A stretch of DNA of 63,981 nt, the filler included, from Octopus bimaculoides (lineage: Eukaryota), in assembly GCF_001194135.2 (NCBI RefSeq). It is 10 parts of 9 records of this genome, joined end to end, with 100 filler letters (N's around TTAATTAATTAA, not from the genome) between each part and the next. Parts side by side here need not be neighbours in the genome. Positions count along the whole stretch, not along the records: positions 52,466 to 59,676 come from NC_068986.1; positions 59,777 to 61,092 come from NW_026325848.1; positions 61,193 to 63,981 come from NC_068987.1; 7 more parts are not named here. One strand, given 5' to 3'. Positions 55,023 through 63,981 of the stretch are shown here, piece by piece (position 1 is the stretch's first letter; each line of letters opens with the position of its first letter). The translations under genes were made by a program, and so were the position numbers. The notes below the pieces were generated by a model that saw only the letters and a list, made by a program, of their open reading frames with translations, ran no database searches and was not told the origin of the DNA.

Positions 55023-55585
55023 TTACCCTTTACTTTTTACAAAATATGATGTGCCCGAAAGCGGCGAACTGACAGAATCTTTATTGCGCTGGGGAAAGTA
55101 CTTAGTGAGTGTGTGTGTGTATGTGTGTGTGTAAGTGTGTGTGAGTGAGTGTGTGAGTGAGAGTGTGTGAGTGAGTGTGTGAGTGAATGTGTGTGAGTGA
55201 GTGTAAGTGTGTGTGTGTTTGTGTGTGTGAGTGATGTGTGTGTGTGCGAATGTGTGAGTGAGTGTGTGTGAGTGTGTGTGTTTGTGTATGTGTGTGCATG
55301 TGTGTGTGAGTGTGTGTGTATGAATGAGTGTTTGTGTGAGTGTGTGTATGAGTGTGTATGTGTGCGTGAGTGTGTGTATGAATGTGTATGTGTGTGTGTG
55401 AGTGTGTGCTTGTGCGAGTGTGTATATGAGTGTGTGTGTGCGTGTGTTTGTGAGTGAGTGTGTGTGAGTGTGTGTGTGTGTGTGTGTGTGTATGCATGTA
55501 CGGGTATGTATGTGTATAGCAGTGTTTGATGACATTTCTCTGATCATTCTGTGTTTTTGTAAAGAAAGCATGATGTTTGCAAGTT

Positions 55586-55645
<60 letters not shown>

Positions 55646-55914
55646 GTACAAGTGCGTATATGCATCTAAGTGCCATTTAGTCCCAGGACAGCACTCATTC
55701 TACATTTCTAAAACCAAAGCCATTCCAGATGTGACCATCCCATCGGTGCACCTAGAAATACCTTATAAAAATATGTTCCTCTTAGACAGTGAGATGTGAT
55801 TTGAGGGAGCTTTACCTGTTGTTTCTAACACGACGATGGCTTGTGCTTGAATTGTTGAAGAATGTGATGGAGTGTTTAAAAACAAGTTATTTATTTCTTT
55901 TTATATGACACCAG

Positions 55915-56100
55915 GTGAGAGAGTTACTGGAAAAGCAAGCGAAATCAAAAGATGTAATATTGGATTCGGGGGCAATCAAGACTATCTACGAGTTCGTGAA
56001 TGAAGTGATACCGCCAACACGAGAATTCATGGCAAATTTAACGGAAGCCATCGAGCGAGACTTATCAGATCCTATCATGTGTCCTCCCTATGACAAGCTC
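55915..56100 (+). CDS. Exon B (VRELLEKQAKSKD...DPIMCPPYDKL)
   Basis: Acceptor ttcttttatatgacaccag|, 62 codons, donor CTC|gtaagt, phase 0-0. Confidence 0.88.
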
Positions 56101-56159
56101 GTAAGTATAACGGTTTGATGAAATATTAGTGCGAGCATATGTGGTGGTGGTCATAATGT

Positions 56160-56205
<46 letters not shown>

Positions 56206-56247
56206 AATGATGATGACGCTAATGATGATGACGTTTTTGATTTCTAG

Positions 56248-56355
56248 ATTCCTGAACTTCCCAAATTTGACGAATACATGAAGAACATGATTACAATCAA
56301 GGCACATATTGAAAACAACGGTGGCGTAGAACAAGTCGACAACATGCTGAATCTG
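56248..56355 (+). CDS. Exon C (IPELPKFDEYMKNMITIKAHIENNGGVEQVDNMLNL)
   Basis: Acceptor gtttttgatttctag|, 36 open codons, donor |gtttgt, phase 0-0. Confidence 0.8.
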
Positions 56356-56387
56356 GTTTGTAGTTAGTTTCGCGTTACAGCTCACCG

Positions 56388-56776
56388 GTGGAGGCGCAAT
56401 GGCCCAGTGGTTAGGGCAGCGGACTCGCGGTCATAGGATCGCGGTTTCGATTCCCAGACCGGGCGTTGTGAGTGTTTATTGAGCGAAAACACCCAAAGCT
56501 CCACGAGGCTCCGGCAGGGGATGGTGGCGAACCCTGCTGTACTCTTCCACCACAACTTTCTCTCACTCTTACTTCCTGTTTCTGTTGTGCCTGTATTTCA
56601 AAGGGGCCAGCCTTGTCCCAATCTGTGTCACGCTGAATATCCCAGAGAACTACATTAAGGGGTACACGTGTCTGTAGAGTGCTCAACTTGCACGTTAATT
56701 TCACGATCAGGCTGTTCCGTTGATCGGATCAACTGGAACCCTCAATGTCGTAAGCGACGGAGTGCCAACAGCAACA
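56388..56776 (+). mobile_element. Full-length SINE family III with 11-bp target-site duplication
   Basis: acagctcaccg at 56377-56387 and 56777-56787; tRNA-like head tggcccagtggttagg...gtttcgattccc. Confidence 0.92.
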
Positions 56777-56780
56777 ACAG

Positions 56781-56798
56781 CTCACCGAGGCATTTGCC
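56781..56798 (+). CDS. Candidate 18-nt microexon (LTEAFA)
   Basis: cag|CTCACCGAGGCATTTGCC|gtaagc, frame-preserving; the acceptor is the TSD copy and lacks a pyrimidine tract. Confidence 0.35.
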
Positions 56799-57309
56799 GT
56801 AAGCAAATACTCACGATACGTAGTTGGCATTTCATAAAGTGAATTGTCAACAAATGGCTTTATCATTTTGAGACATTGTTTTTATATATTTTTTTCTCGT
56901 TTTATTTCTTTTAGTCATTGGACTGCGGCCACGCTGGGGCACTGCTTTGATCAGTGTCGTCAAACAATTCGACCCCAGTGTTCATTTTAAGTTTGAAATT
57001 TTTACTGGTAGTTTGTTTTGGCGAAGTGCCAAGTTACAGGGCCGTAAACAAACCAACGCCGGTCGCCAAGCGCTGAGAGTTGAGCAAATATACACACACA
57101 CACATATACATACAACATACATACATTCACACACACATATATACACGCATGTATGTGTGTGTATGTATGCATGCAGTCATGCTTGTCTGTATGTATGTAT
57201 GTATGTATGTATGGGTGTGTGTGGGGGGCGTGTGCGAGCATGCACGTGACTCTGTGAACTGATACTGTTCAGCCATCCTATGCAAATATACATATATATT
57301 CAAAACCAG

Positions 57310-57399
57310 TCGATGAGCTTCAGCATAATTTCCGAAACTAATGTGAACAACACTTGCCCGAAGATCCACGTTGTGCGCTTCCAAAACGAACTTTGCCAT
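57310..57399 (+). CDS. Exon D0 (SMSFSIISETNVNNTCPKIHVVRFQNELCH)
   Basis: ccag|, 30 open codons, donor |gtttgt, phase 0-0; a 71-nt intron leads to the next exon. Confidence 0.55.
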
Positions 57400-57470
57400 G
57401 TTTGTCTATATTGTATATTATTCCACACAAACACTAACACCCTGTTTTTTTTTTTAATTCTCATCTACAG

Positions 57471-57501
57471 CTTGTACTAAAACCTACTGAACTGTTCTCA
57501 G
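57471..57501 (+). CDS. Exon D, 31 nt (LVLKPTELFS)
   Basis: Strong poly-T acceptor tcatctacag|, donor G|gtatgt; only the phase-0 frame is open. Confidence 0.6.
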
Positions 57502-57884
57502 GTATGTGAATACTGCTATTCTATTCGCTTATATATCTGTATTTTTTATCTCTTTTTTTTTTTATCGTATTTCATTTACTGGACTGTAATCAATTTAAGG
57601 CACAACCCACCCAAGTATCTGTGGCTTTTAAAGTCTGACACTTATTCTATCGGTCTCTTTTGCCGAAAAAATAAGTTATGAGACCGTAAAAAAACCAACA
57701 CCGTTTGTCAAGCGGTGTGGAGACAAAACAGAATCACGTACACACATATACATATATAAACAGAAACACGTACACATACATACATATATATATACATATA
57801 GATCGTGATGCATCTGTGTAGTGTCTTACAGAAAATTAACGTGTGAGAACTACCACAGTATAAGAAGAAACAGAGACAAGTTAC

Positions 57885-58280
57885 TCTTTTACTCTTTTAC
57901 TTGTTTCAATCATTTGACTGTGGCCATGCTGGAGCACCGCCTTTAGTCGAGCAAATCGACCCCTGGACTTATTCTTTGGAAGCCTAGTACTTATTCTATC
58001 GGTCTCCTTTATCGAACCGCTAAGTTACGGGGATGTAAACACAACAGCATTGGTTGTTAAACGAAGTTGGGGGACAAACACAGACACACAAGCACACATA
58101 CATATATACATATATACGACGAGCTTCTTTCAGTTTTCCGTCTACCAAATCCACTCACAAGGCTTTGGTCGGCCCGAGACTATAGTAGAAGACACTTGCC
58201 CAAGGTGCCACGCAGTGGGACTGAACACAGAACCATGTGGTTGGTAAGCAAGCTACTTAACACACAGCCACTCCTGCGCC
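57885..58280 (-). mobile_element. SINE family I, full length, in intron
   Basis: Both halves well conserved in reverse orientation. Confidence 0.92.
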
Positions 58281-58419
58281 TTGTTGAAGTTTTACCATGA
58301 AAGCGATGGATAGAAACTAACGAAAGATAGAGTGACATAGTAATAGTTTCATTAGACCGTTTACGTACCTTTGCTACGAGTTTGGATCAAAGATGTCTTT
58401 TTTAATGTGTATGGCTTAA

Positions 58420-58712
58420 TGTTTAGAGGTATTCAGCTCATGATTGTTAGGCCGTGAGTTCGATTCCCGGCGGTACGTTGTGTCCTTGAGAAAGACACTT
58501 TATTTCACTTTATTGCTCCAGTCCACTCAGCTGGTAAAAATGACTTGTACCTGTAATTCATAGGGTCCAGCTTTGTCACATTCTGTGTCATGCTGAATCT
58601 CTCTGAAAACAACTTTAAGGGTACGAGTGTCTGTGAAATACTCAGCCTTTTGCATTTTAATTTCACGAACAGGATTTTCTGGAACCCTCATTATCGTAAC
58701 CGATGGAGTGCC
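58420..58712 (+). mobile_element. SINE family III, diverged copy
   Basis: gagttcgattcccggcgg...gtgtccttgagaaagacactttatttcac...ccgatggagtgcc. Confidence 0.85.
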
Positions 58713-58938
58713 AGAGTTTACATTATCCTACGCTAACCAGTGATATCTTTCTCATCGTTATAGTAAGTCAGTAAAAAACTCCCACATTACCCTACTAGGG
58801 TCAACCGAACAATATGCTGTAATGGAACCCATATAGGTCCAAAACTTAAATTTAATCTACAATTGAGACATATACAATCCGAGAGTTTTGTTGTGGGGTC
58901 GACCTGAGCTATTCCTGGCAACAATGGTTTATAATCAG

Positions 58939-59047
58939 AGATGTTCTTCATGAATGCTGTATACTACCATTTCCAAATTCGGAGACGCTTCGAATTTCGA
59001 AACATGTTTTGTTTCAAGGATTTCCAATTAGAGATAGTTTACCTGTA
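58939..59047 (+). CDS. Exon F (EMFFMNAVYYHFQIRRRF...LEIVYL)
   Basis: ataatcag| phase 1 joins exon D; ends TA|gtatgt phase 2 and joins the last exon as Tyr. A second frame is also open, so the reading is uncertain. Confidence 0.45.
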
Positions 59048-59053
59048 GTATGT

Positions 59054-59103
<50 letters not shown>

Positions 59104-59206
59104 AATCATGAGTATGTGAAATAAGTTCAGGATACTAAACTATGGATTTTAATGAAATCGATGTTAGATTCCGCGGAAGTAAGTTAAAGCTGATGTTTTT
59201 ACGCAG

Positions 59207-59330
59207 CATCAATATTCTCGACCAATATAAGATCAAGCATCACAGCAGGGAGCAACTGATTCTGGAATGTAAGGAGGCCCTGACGCTATTCATCACCGCC
59301 TACACACAAACCCTTCATCCTATTCCATGA
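59207..59330 (+). CDS. Probable terminal exon (INILDQYKIKHHSREQLILECKEALTLFITAYTQTLHPIP*)
   Basis: gctgatgtttttacgcag| (branch-like ctgat plus pyrimidines), 40 open codons, TGA at 59328-59330. Confidence 0.6.
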
Positions 59331-59419
59331 TTATAATGAGGGGGAGGACGAAGAGAACATTGACAGTCACGACGATCACCACCATAACGGCGACAACGAC
59401 GATGACAGAGATGACCAGT

Positions 59420-59676
59420 AAAACCACCACCACTACCACCCTCACACCACCACTACCACCTTCACACCACCACTACCACCACCTTCACACCACCACTACC
59501 ACCCTCACACCACCACCACCTTCACACCACCACTACCACCTTCACACCACCACTACCACCTTCACACCATGACTACCACCTTCACACCATGACTACCACC
59601 ACTACCACCTTCACACCACCACTACCACCTTCACACCATCACTACCACCTTCACGCCGCCACTACCACCCTCACAT
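59420..59676. repeat. 20-bp minisatellite (caccttcacaccaccactac)n
   Basis: Period of 20 visible at 59521-59640; runs into a gap. Confidence 0.9.
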
Positions 59677-59799
59677 NNNNNNNNNNNNNNNNNNNNNNNN
59701 NNNNNNNNNNNNNNNNNNNNTTAATTAATTAANNNNNNNNNNNNNNNNNNNNNNNNNNNNNNNNNNNNNNNNNNNNGATAGATAGATAGATAGATAGAT

Positions 59800-59925
59800 C
59801 GTTCATTAGACTTCACGACTTCTGTTTCATTATTCATTGTGTCAACTTGAAGTTCTAGACCCGAATGATTCATTATATATGCCAATCTTTTTGGATCACA
59901 TTTGGTAGAAATTAATTCACTAATC
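59800..59925 (-). CDS. Candidate exon of a convergent minus-strand gene (RISELISTKCDPKRLAYIMNHSGLELQVDTMNNETEVVKSNER...)
   Basis: Acceptor catcataag| phase 2 matches the phase-2 donor at 60587; the frame stays open into the (TATC)n tract and gap. Confidence 0.4.
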
Positions 59926-60039
59926 CTTATGATGTATCAAAATTTCGTGTTGCTGTACGTTGCAAACACCAGCTGAATAATGACGAAGTTGCTTTATTAA
60001 ATTAATTTAAGCAAGAGGCAACGGATTTCAACAGGAATG

Positions 60040-60175
60040 TCTTACATTATTTACATTATTTACATTTGTCCTCATCTTGTTTGTTGTTAACACAACGTTT
60101 CGGCTGATATACCCTCTAGCCTTCATTAGGTGTCTCGGGGAAATTTCGAACCGGGGTTCTCATTCCTAAGGTATT
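60040..60175 (-). mobile_element. Penelope-like terminal fragment (same family as 35460-35600)
   Basis: Reverse complement matches 35460-35600, including the hammerhead-like motif. Confidence 0.6.
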
Positions 60176-60586
60176 AATAATGAAGTTATTTTATTAAATT
60201 CTTCTCAAATCTTAACATTAGCTTGCAAAAGAGGCAGTGTATTTCAACAAAAAATATCCTTGTCATAGGATTTAGTTTCCATATATTTCCACCTTAAATT
60301 CCCAAAAACTTTTTATATCAACCCACCCAAGACGGCACTTGCTTACAGAATACGAACTTTTTGCTTAATCTAAATTAAAATCTTCAATCAAAACTTCGTG
60401 CTAATTTATGTTCCAAACACCAGTTTTATAATGACAGTTATTTTACTGAATTTCTTCATTATCTTTATTCTTTTCAAAATTAACTGAGACAAAGGTAATT
60501 TATTTCAGCGCAAATATCCTATTCATACGATCCAGTTCCCAGCTCTTTACATCATGTTAGTCAGAATCCTTTTAATTTAAACTCAC

Positions 60587-60761
60587 CTGATGCATTCCTT
60601 ATTTTTTCTAATACAATCTGTTTTAAAGTGATCTAAATTAACACCTTCATTAAATTTTCGCTTTAATTTATTTTCCCAACAACAGTTTAATAACGGCATC
60701 GTTATTTCTCTAACCTCTTCATTATCTTCAAAATTAATTGAAACAAAGCCAGTGTAATTCA
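60587..60761 (-). CDS. Exon of an uncharacterised minus-strand gene (VNYTGFVSINFEDNEEVREITMPLLNCCWENKLKRKF...KNKECI)
   Basis: Acceptor cttaccctttag| (or an in-frame ATG at 60807), 57 or more open codons, perfect donor CAG|gtgagt. Confidence 0.55.
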
Positions 60762-60861
60762 CTAAAGGGTAAGATTCGATTTGGAGCGTAGCGTCTGTTT
60801 CCTTCATATTTTGTATGGAGACGTAAGAATTTAGAATATTTACTATATATTTACTATATAG

Positions 60862-61002
60862 TCGCAGGCGTGGCTGTGTGGTAAGAAGCTTGCTTCCCAA
60901 CCTCATGGTTCCGGGTTCAGTCAAACTGAGGGGCACCTGGCTTAAGTGTCTTCTACTGTAGCCTCGGACCGTGGATTTGGTGGACCGAAACTGAAAGAAG
61001 TC
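60862..61002 (+). mobile_element. SINE family I, 5' half
   Basis: gcaggcgtggctgtgtggtaagaagcttgcttcc...gaaactgaaagaag. Confidence 0.85.
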
Positions 61003-61192
61003 CGAGAGAAAAAATGGAAAACAAAACAAGTAAACACGGAGGACGACCCTTCATCAGTTGTCGGCTGTCCATCTACTCCTCATTTCGAGCATNNNNNNNN
61101 NNNNNNNNNNNNNNNNNNNNNNNNNNNNNNNNNNNNTTAATTAATTAANNNNNNNNNNNNNNNNNNNNNNNNNNNNNNNNNNNNNNNNNNNN

Positions 61193-61284
61193 CATTATTA
61201 TTATTATCATTATTATTATGATTATTATTATCATTATTATTATCATTATTATTATTATTATCATTATTATTATGATTATTATTA

Positions 61285-61339
<55 letters not shown>

Positions 61340-61503
61340 CATTATTATTATTATCATTATTATTATGATTATTATTATCATTATTATTATCATTATTATT
61401 ATTATTATCATTATTATTATGATTATTATTGTCATTATTATTATTATTATTATTATTATAATTATTATTATGATTATTATTACCATTATTATTATTATTA
61501 TTA
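61193..61503. repeat. (ATT)n/(TAA)n tract with periodic ATC/ATG variants
   Basis: Directly visible; abuts the 3' end of an R4/Dong-type element. Confidence 0.95.
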
Positions 61504-61512
61504 TAGAATCCA

Positions 61513-61780
61513 AGTTCAGGTTTGGTCTTATTCCTGGTAGGATTTATGTGGGTGGCGTGTTGCTACCTGCAACCTATGGTATCCACACGTTTTCGGCAGT
61601 CTTTCAAGTGCTTAGAACCCTCCTGATAATCCCTGCAGTCTCTAAGAGGCAAACGTCCTATAGGAGCTCTATCGGCCATTCTATTTCAGTCTCCTTCAGC
61701 CATTTGTCTATATCTTGGCTTATTGTTTCCAACGCACCAATTACTATAGGTACGACCTTTACAGTTTTCATACTCTAAAT
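61513..61780 (-). mobile_element. R4/Dong-type non-LTR retrotransposon 3' end (copy 1)
   Basis: Minus strand MKTVKVVPIVIGALETISQDIDKWLKE...LLETAGIIRRVLST* is the C-terminus of an RLE-encoding ORF; a short UTR then the (TAA)n tract follow. Confidence 0.85.
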
Positions 61781-61789
61781 CCATCTTTT

Positions 61790-63480
61790 TTTTTTACATT
61801 TTAAAGGATTGTATTTTGTATATTGTTGTTGTTCTGAAAGACTCTCGGATAGGTCTTAATTTCCGGTTGTTCAATAACAAGTAGTGCCTTCTCCTGTGAC
61901 TCAAAGGAATAATACTCTCCTTAGAATACGAGCTGTACCCAATACTGCTGTCTTCTGGAGCACTTCGAGCCTGACAGCAGCTCCAATATTTTTTATATGT
62001 CTTTCAAAGCTCTTGGAAATTGCTCCTAATGCTCCAATTACCATCGGTATCACCATTACTTTCTACATGCTTCATAACTTTCCTATCTCGGTCCACAGTG
62101 GCTGGTATTTCTCACACTTTTCTGTTTCCTTATATTTCACCCTCGAATCGCCTGGTATTGCAACATCTATTATCTTTACTTCTGTTTCATCTTTATGGAT
62201 GAGCACGATATCTGGTCGTCTAGCCTCTATGACTTGGTCACACTGCATGTTAAAATCCCAGAGTATTTTGTAATGTTCGTTTTCCATTACTCCCTCTGGC
62301 TTCTCTTCATACCATTGTTCGGCTCTCTCGAGGTTTGCTTTACCCCACACCAACCAGTGGACTTATCTGGCCACATTGTCGTGTCTCCTTTCGTATTCGC
62401 GTTGTTCGAGCTTACAGCACCCACTAAAAATATGGCTTATACTTTCTCCCTTCTCAGAGCACATCCTACACTGTGGCAAATCAGTACTTTTATCAATGTG
62501 ATATTTGGAGTAGTTTGTTCTGAGAGCTGGTTCTTGAGCTCTGCACACTAATGGCTCATGTTTATTTTCACCCTGGCTAGCATGTACCCCATACACGTCT
62601 TTCTCAAAATGCTCGTTAGTGGCAATATGCAGACAACAAATAGGAGAGGCGACAGACTTTCCCCTTGAAAGATTCCTCTATTGATATTTACCTCTCTCAA
62701 CTTATCTCCCCATGCTGTGAGTTCAGTTCGCCGCGTTGCCATTGAGTTTTGTAATAACTTCAGGATATTGTAGGAGAACATAAGAAGTTCAAAGTATTCA
62801 ATAATCCCCGAGTGTGGAACCGTGTCATATGCTTTCCTGCAATCCACTCTTGCCATCGCCAAATTTTTGTGTCTCTCCTTTGCAGTCAAGCAGGATAGTC
62901 TTATCGATTAGTAATTGATACTTCGTTCCTCTGCTCTTACGTCTACACCCCTTTTTGTCACACTGGTCGTTCTCAACTAGGTACTTATAGATGCTGTTTG
63001 TTAAGATGTCCGTTATCAGTTTCCACATCAGTGGCAAACAAGATATTGGTCGAAAATTTCCAACCGCATTCCCTTTACTTGAGTCCTTCTGGCATAATAC
63101 CGTTCTTCCTTTAGTCACCCAGGCCGGTACTTGGATGTCACTACTTAGTATTTCGTCCAGCTGTCTCGCAATTCTCCTGTGCTGAACTGTTAAGTTTTTA
63201 AGCCAAAAGCCCTGAACCCCATTTGGGCCAGGCACTTTCTAGTTGGGAATTCTCCTGCACTGTTCTCTAATCCTCTCCTCGGTTATTTTCAAAGCTTCCT
63301 GCTGATATTCTCCACTCTCCTCTTTGAGTGTCTTTTATCAGTCTGCGTCAGTTTCGTGTTGTTTCGCCTGAGACCATGTGTTTTGTCCAGAATCATTTGC
63401 TTTCCTCGGCATCCGACACGGCTTTTTCACATTTCTCATTCCCATCCAGTTCCTGATAGACTTGTTTCTAATTTTGTTCG
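61790..63480 (-). mobile_element. R4/Dong-clade non-LTR retrotransposon (RT, CCHC, RLE), 5'-truncated, internally deleted, frameshifted
   Basis: [90 protein letters not shown]...IIDVAIP, VIPMVIGALG...RRVLFL* (stop 61901-61903). Confidence 0.93.
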
Positions 63481-63739
63481 AAAAATCCGTGAAAGGCATT
63501 TACTCAAAGTGCCGCGCAGTGGAACTGAACTCGGAACTATGTGGTTGGGAAGTAAGCTACTCACCGCACACTCACACCTATATATATATATATTTCCTCA
63601 TGAATTTCATCATCAATGTTCCTGTCGTGAGGCTTCACTTCCATACGCGCCAGCTTAATTTAATTCGTCCTTACTTGAAAAAACTTGTTATTAACGTCCT
63701 GTTATTAGTATTTGTAATTGTGTACCATTTCTCCGCATT

Positions 63740-63981
63740 TTAGCCCTTGTTTTCGCATGCTTTCTTTCAAAGAATCTAGTGTTCTTAGCTTAGATTTTCT
63801 TGGGGCCGGCCAGATTAGAGCAATCTCAAGAGTAACCGGCCGAAACTGCAAAGACGACCTGGAAGATTGAACGCTCCGAATGACCCGTCCTTGTTTTTCC
63901 TGTCGTTTTTTGTATCGTCTAACTGTCCGAAAGTTTTGTTGTCGCCTGTTATGTTCTTGTTCCATACTTTGTTTTGCTTAT
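63740..63981 (+). mobile_element. Penelope-like terminal fragment (putative)
   Basis: ggccgg...ccggcc-gaaac stem at 63804-63846 with a degenerate core upstream; resembles other PLE-type ends. Confidence 0.4.

Noticed and set aside
56388-56465. tRNA-like sequence (also at 49452 and 54703)
   Set aside because: A/B boxes continue into the SINE body with a TSD, and no clean cloverleaf was found; these are SINE heads, not tRNA genes.
56356-59206. Horizontal transfer from a dicyemid parasite as the explanation for 25-nt and 28-nt intron-like segments
   Set aside because: Not supported as a call: other introns are 71 nt or longer, the 28-nt segment is not needed in the simplest in-frame model, and no homology evidence is available. 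It is kept only as a test in the microexon finding.
24362-61148. Recurring TTAATTAATTAA 12-mer that looks like a regularly spaced motif
   Set aside because: It is always centred in N runs (44 N on each side where counted); an assembly spacer with six-frame stops, not biological.
1-63981. Dozens of ORFs rich in YI, VC, HT, LS or poly-I/L/X
   Set aside because: They are translations of dinucleotide, trinucleotide and tetranucleotide microsatellites or N gaps, not genes.

Overview
AT-rich, microsatellite-saturated eukaryotic scaffold with many N gaps. It is most likely a coleoid cephalopod (Octopus), inferred from recognisable tRNA-derived SINE families and (TA)n/(CA)n/(TACA)n/(ATT)n density; no database check was possible. 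Almost all ORFs in the supplied track are translations of microsatellites or gaps. The only well-supported host coding sequence is the 3' part of a plus-strand, multi-exon gene of unknown function. Its exons were found by eye at about 51.9-59.3 kb, with consistent splice phases. It converges on a probable minus-strand gene (about 59.8-60.8 kb). Weaker candidate first exons lie near 3.9-4.5 kb. The rest is transposon debris: three SINE families, an RTE reverse transcriptase fragment, R4/Dong-type non-LTR elements next to a (TAA)n tract, a Helitron helicase exon, Tc1/mariner derivatives, Penelope-like ends with degenerate hammerhead-ribozyme motifs, and several long palindromes. I found no convincing new multi-gene system. 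The most interesting leads are a SINE whose target-site duplication copies a splice acceptor before a candidate 18-nt microexon (the empty site gives a 25-nt intron), the small-exon architecture of the unknown gene, and the hammerhead-like motifs.
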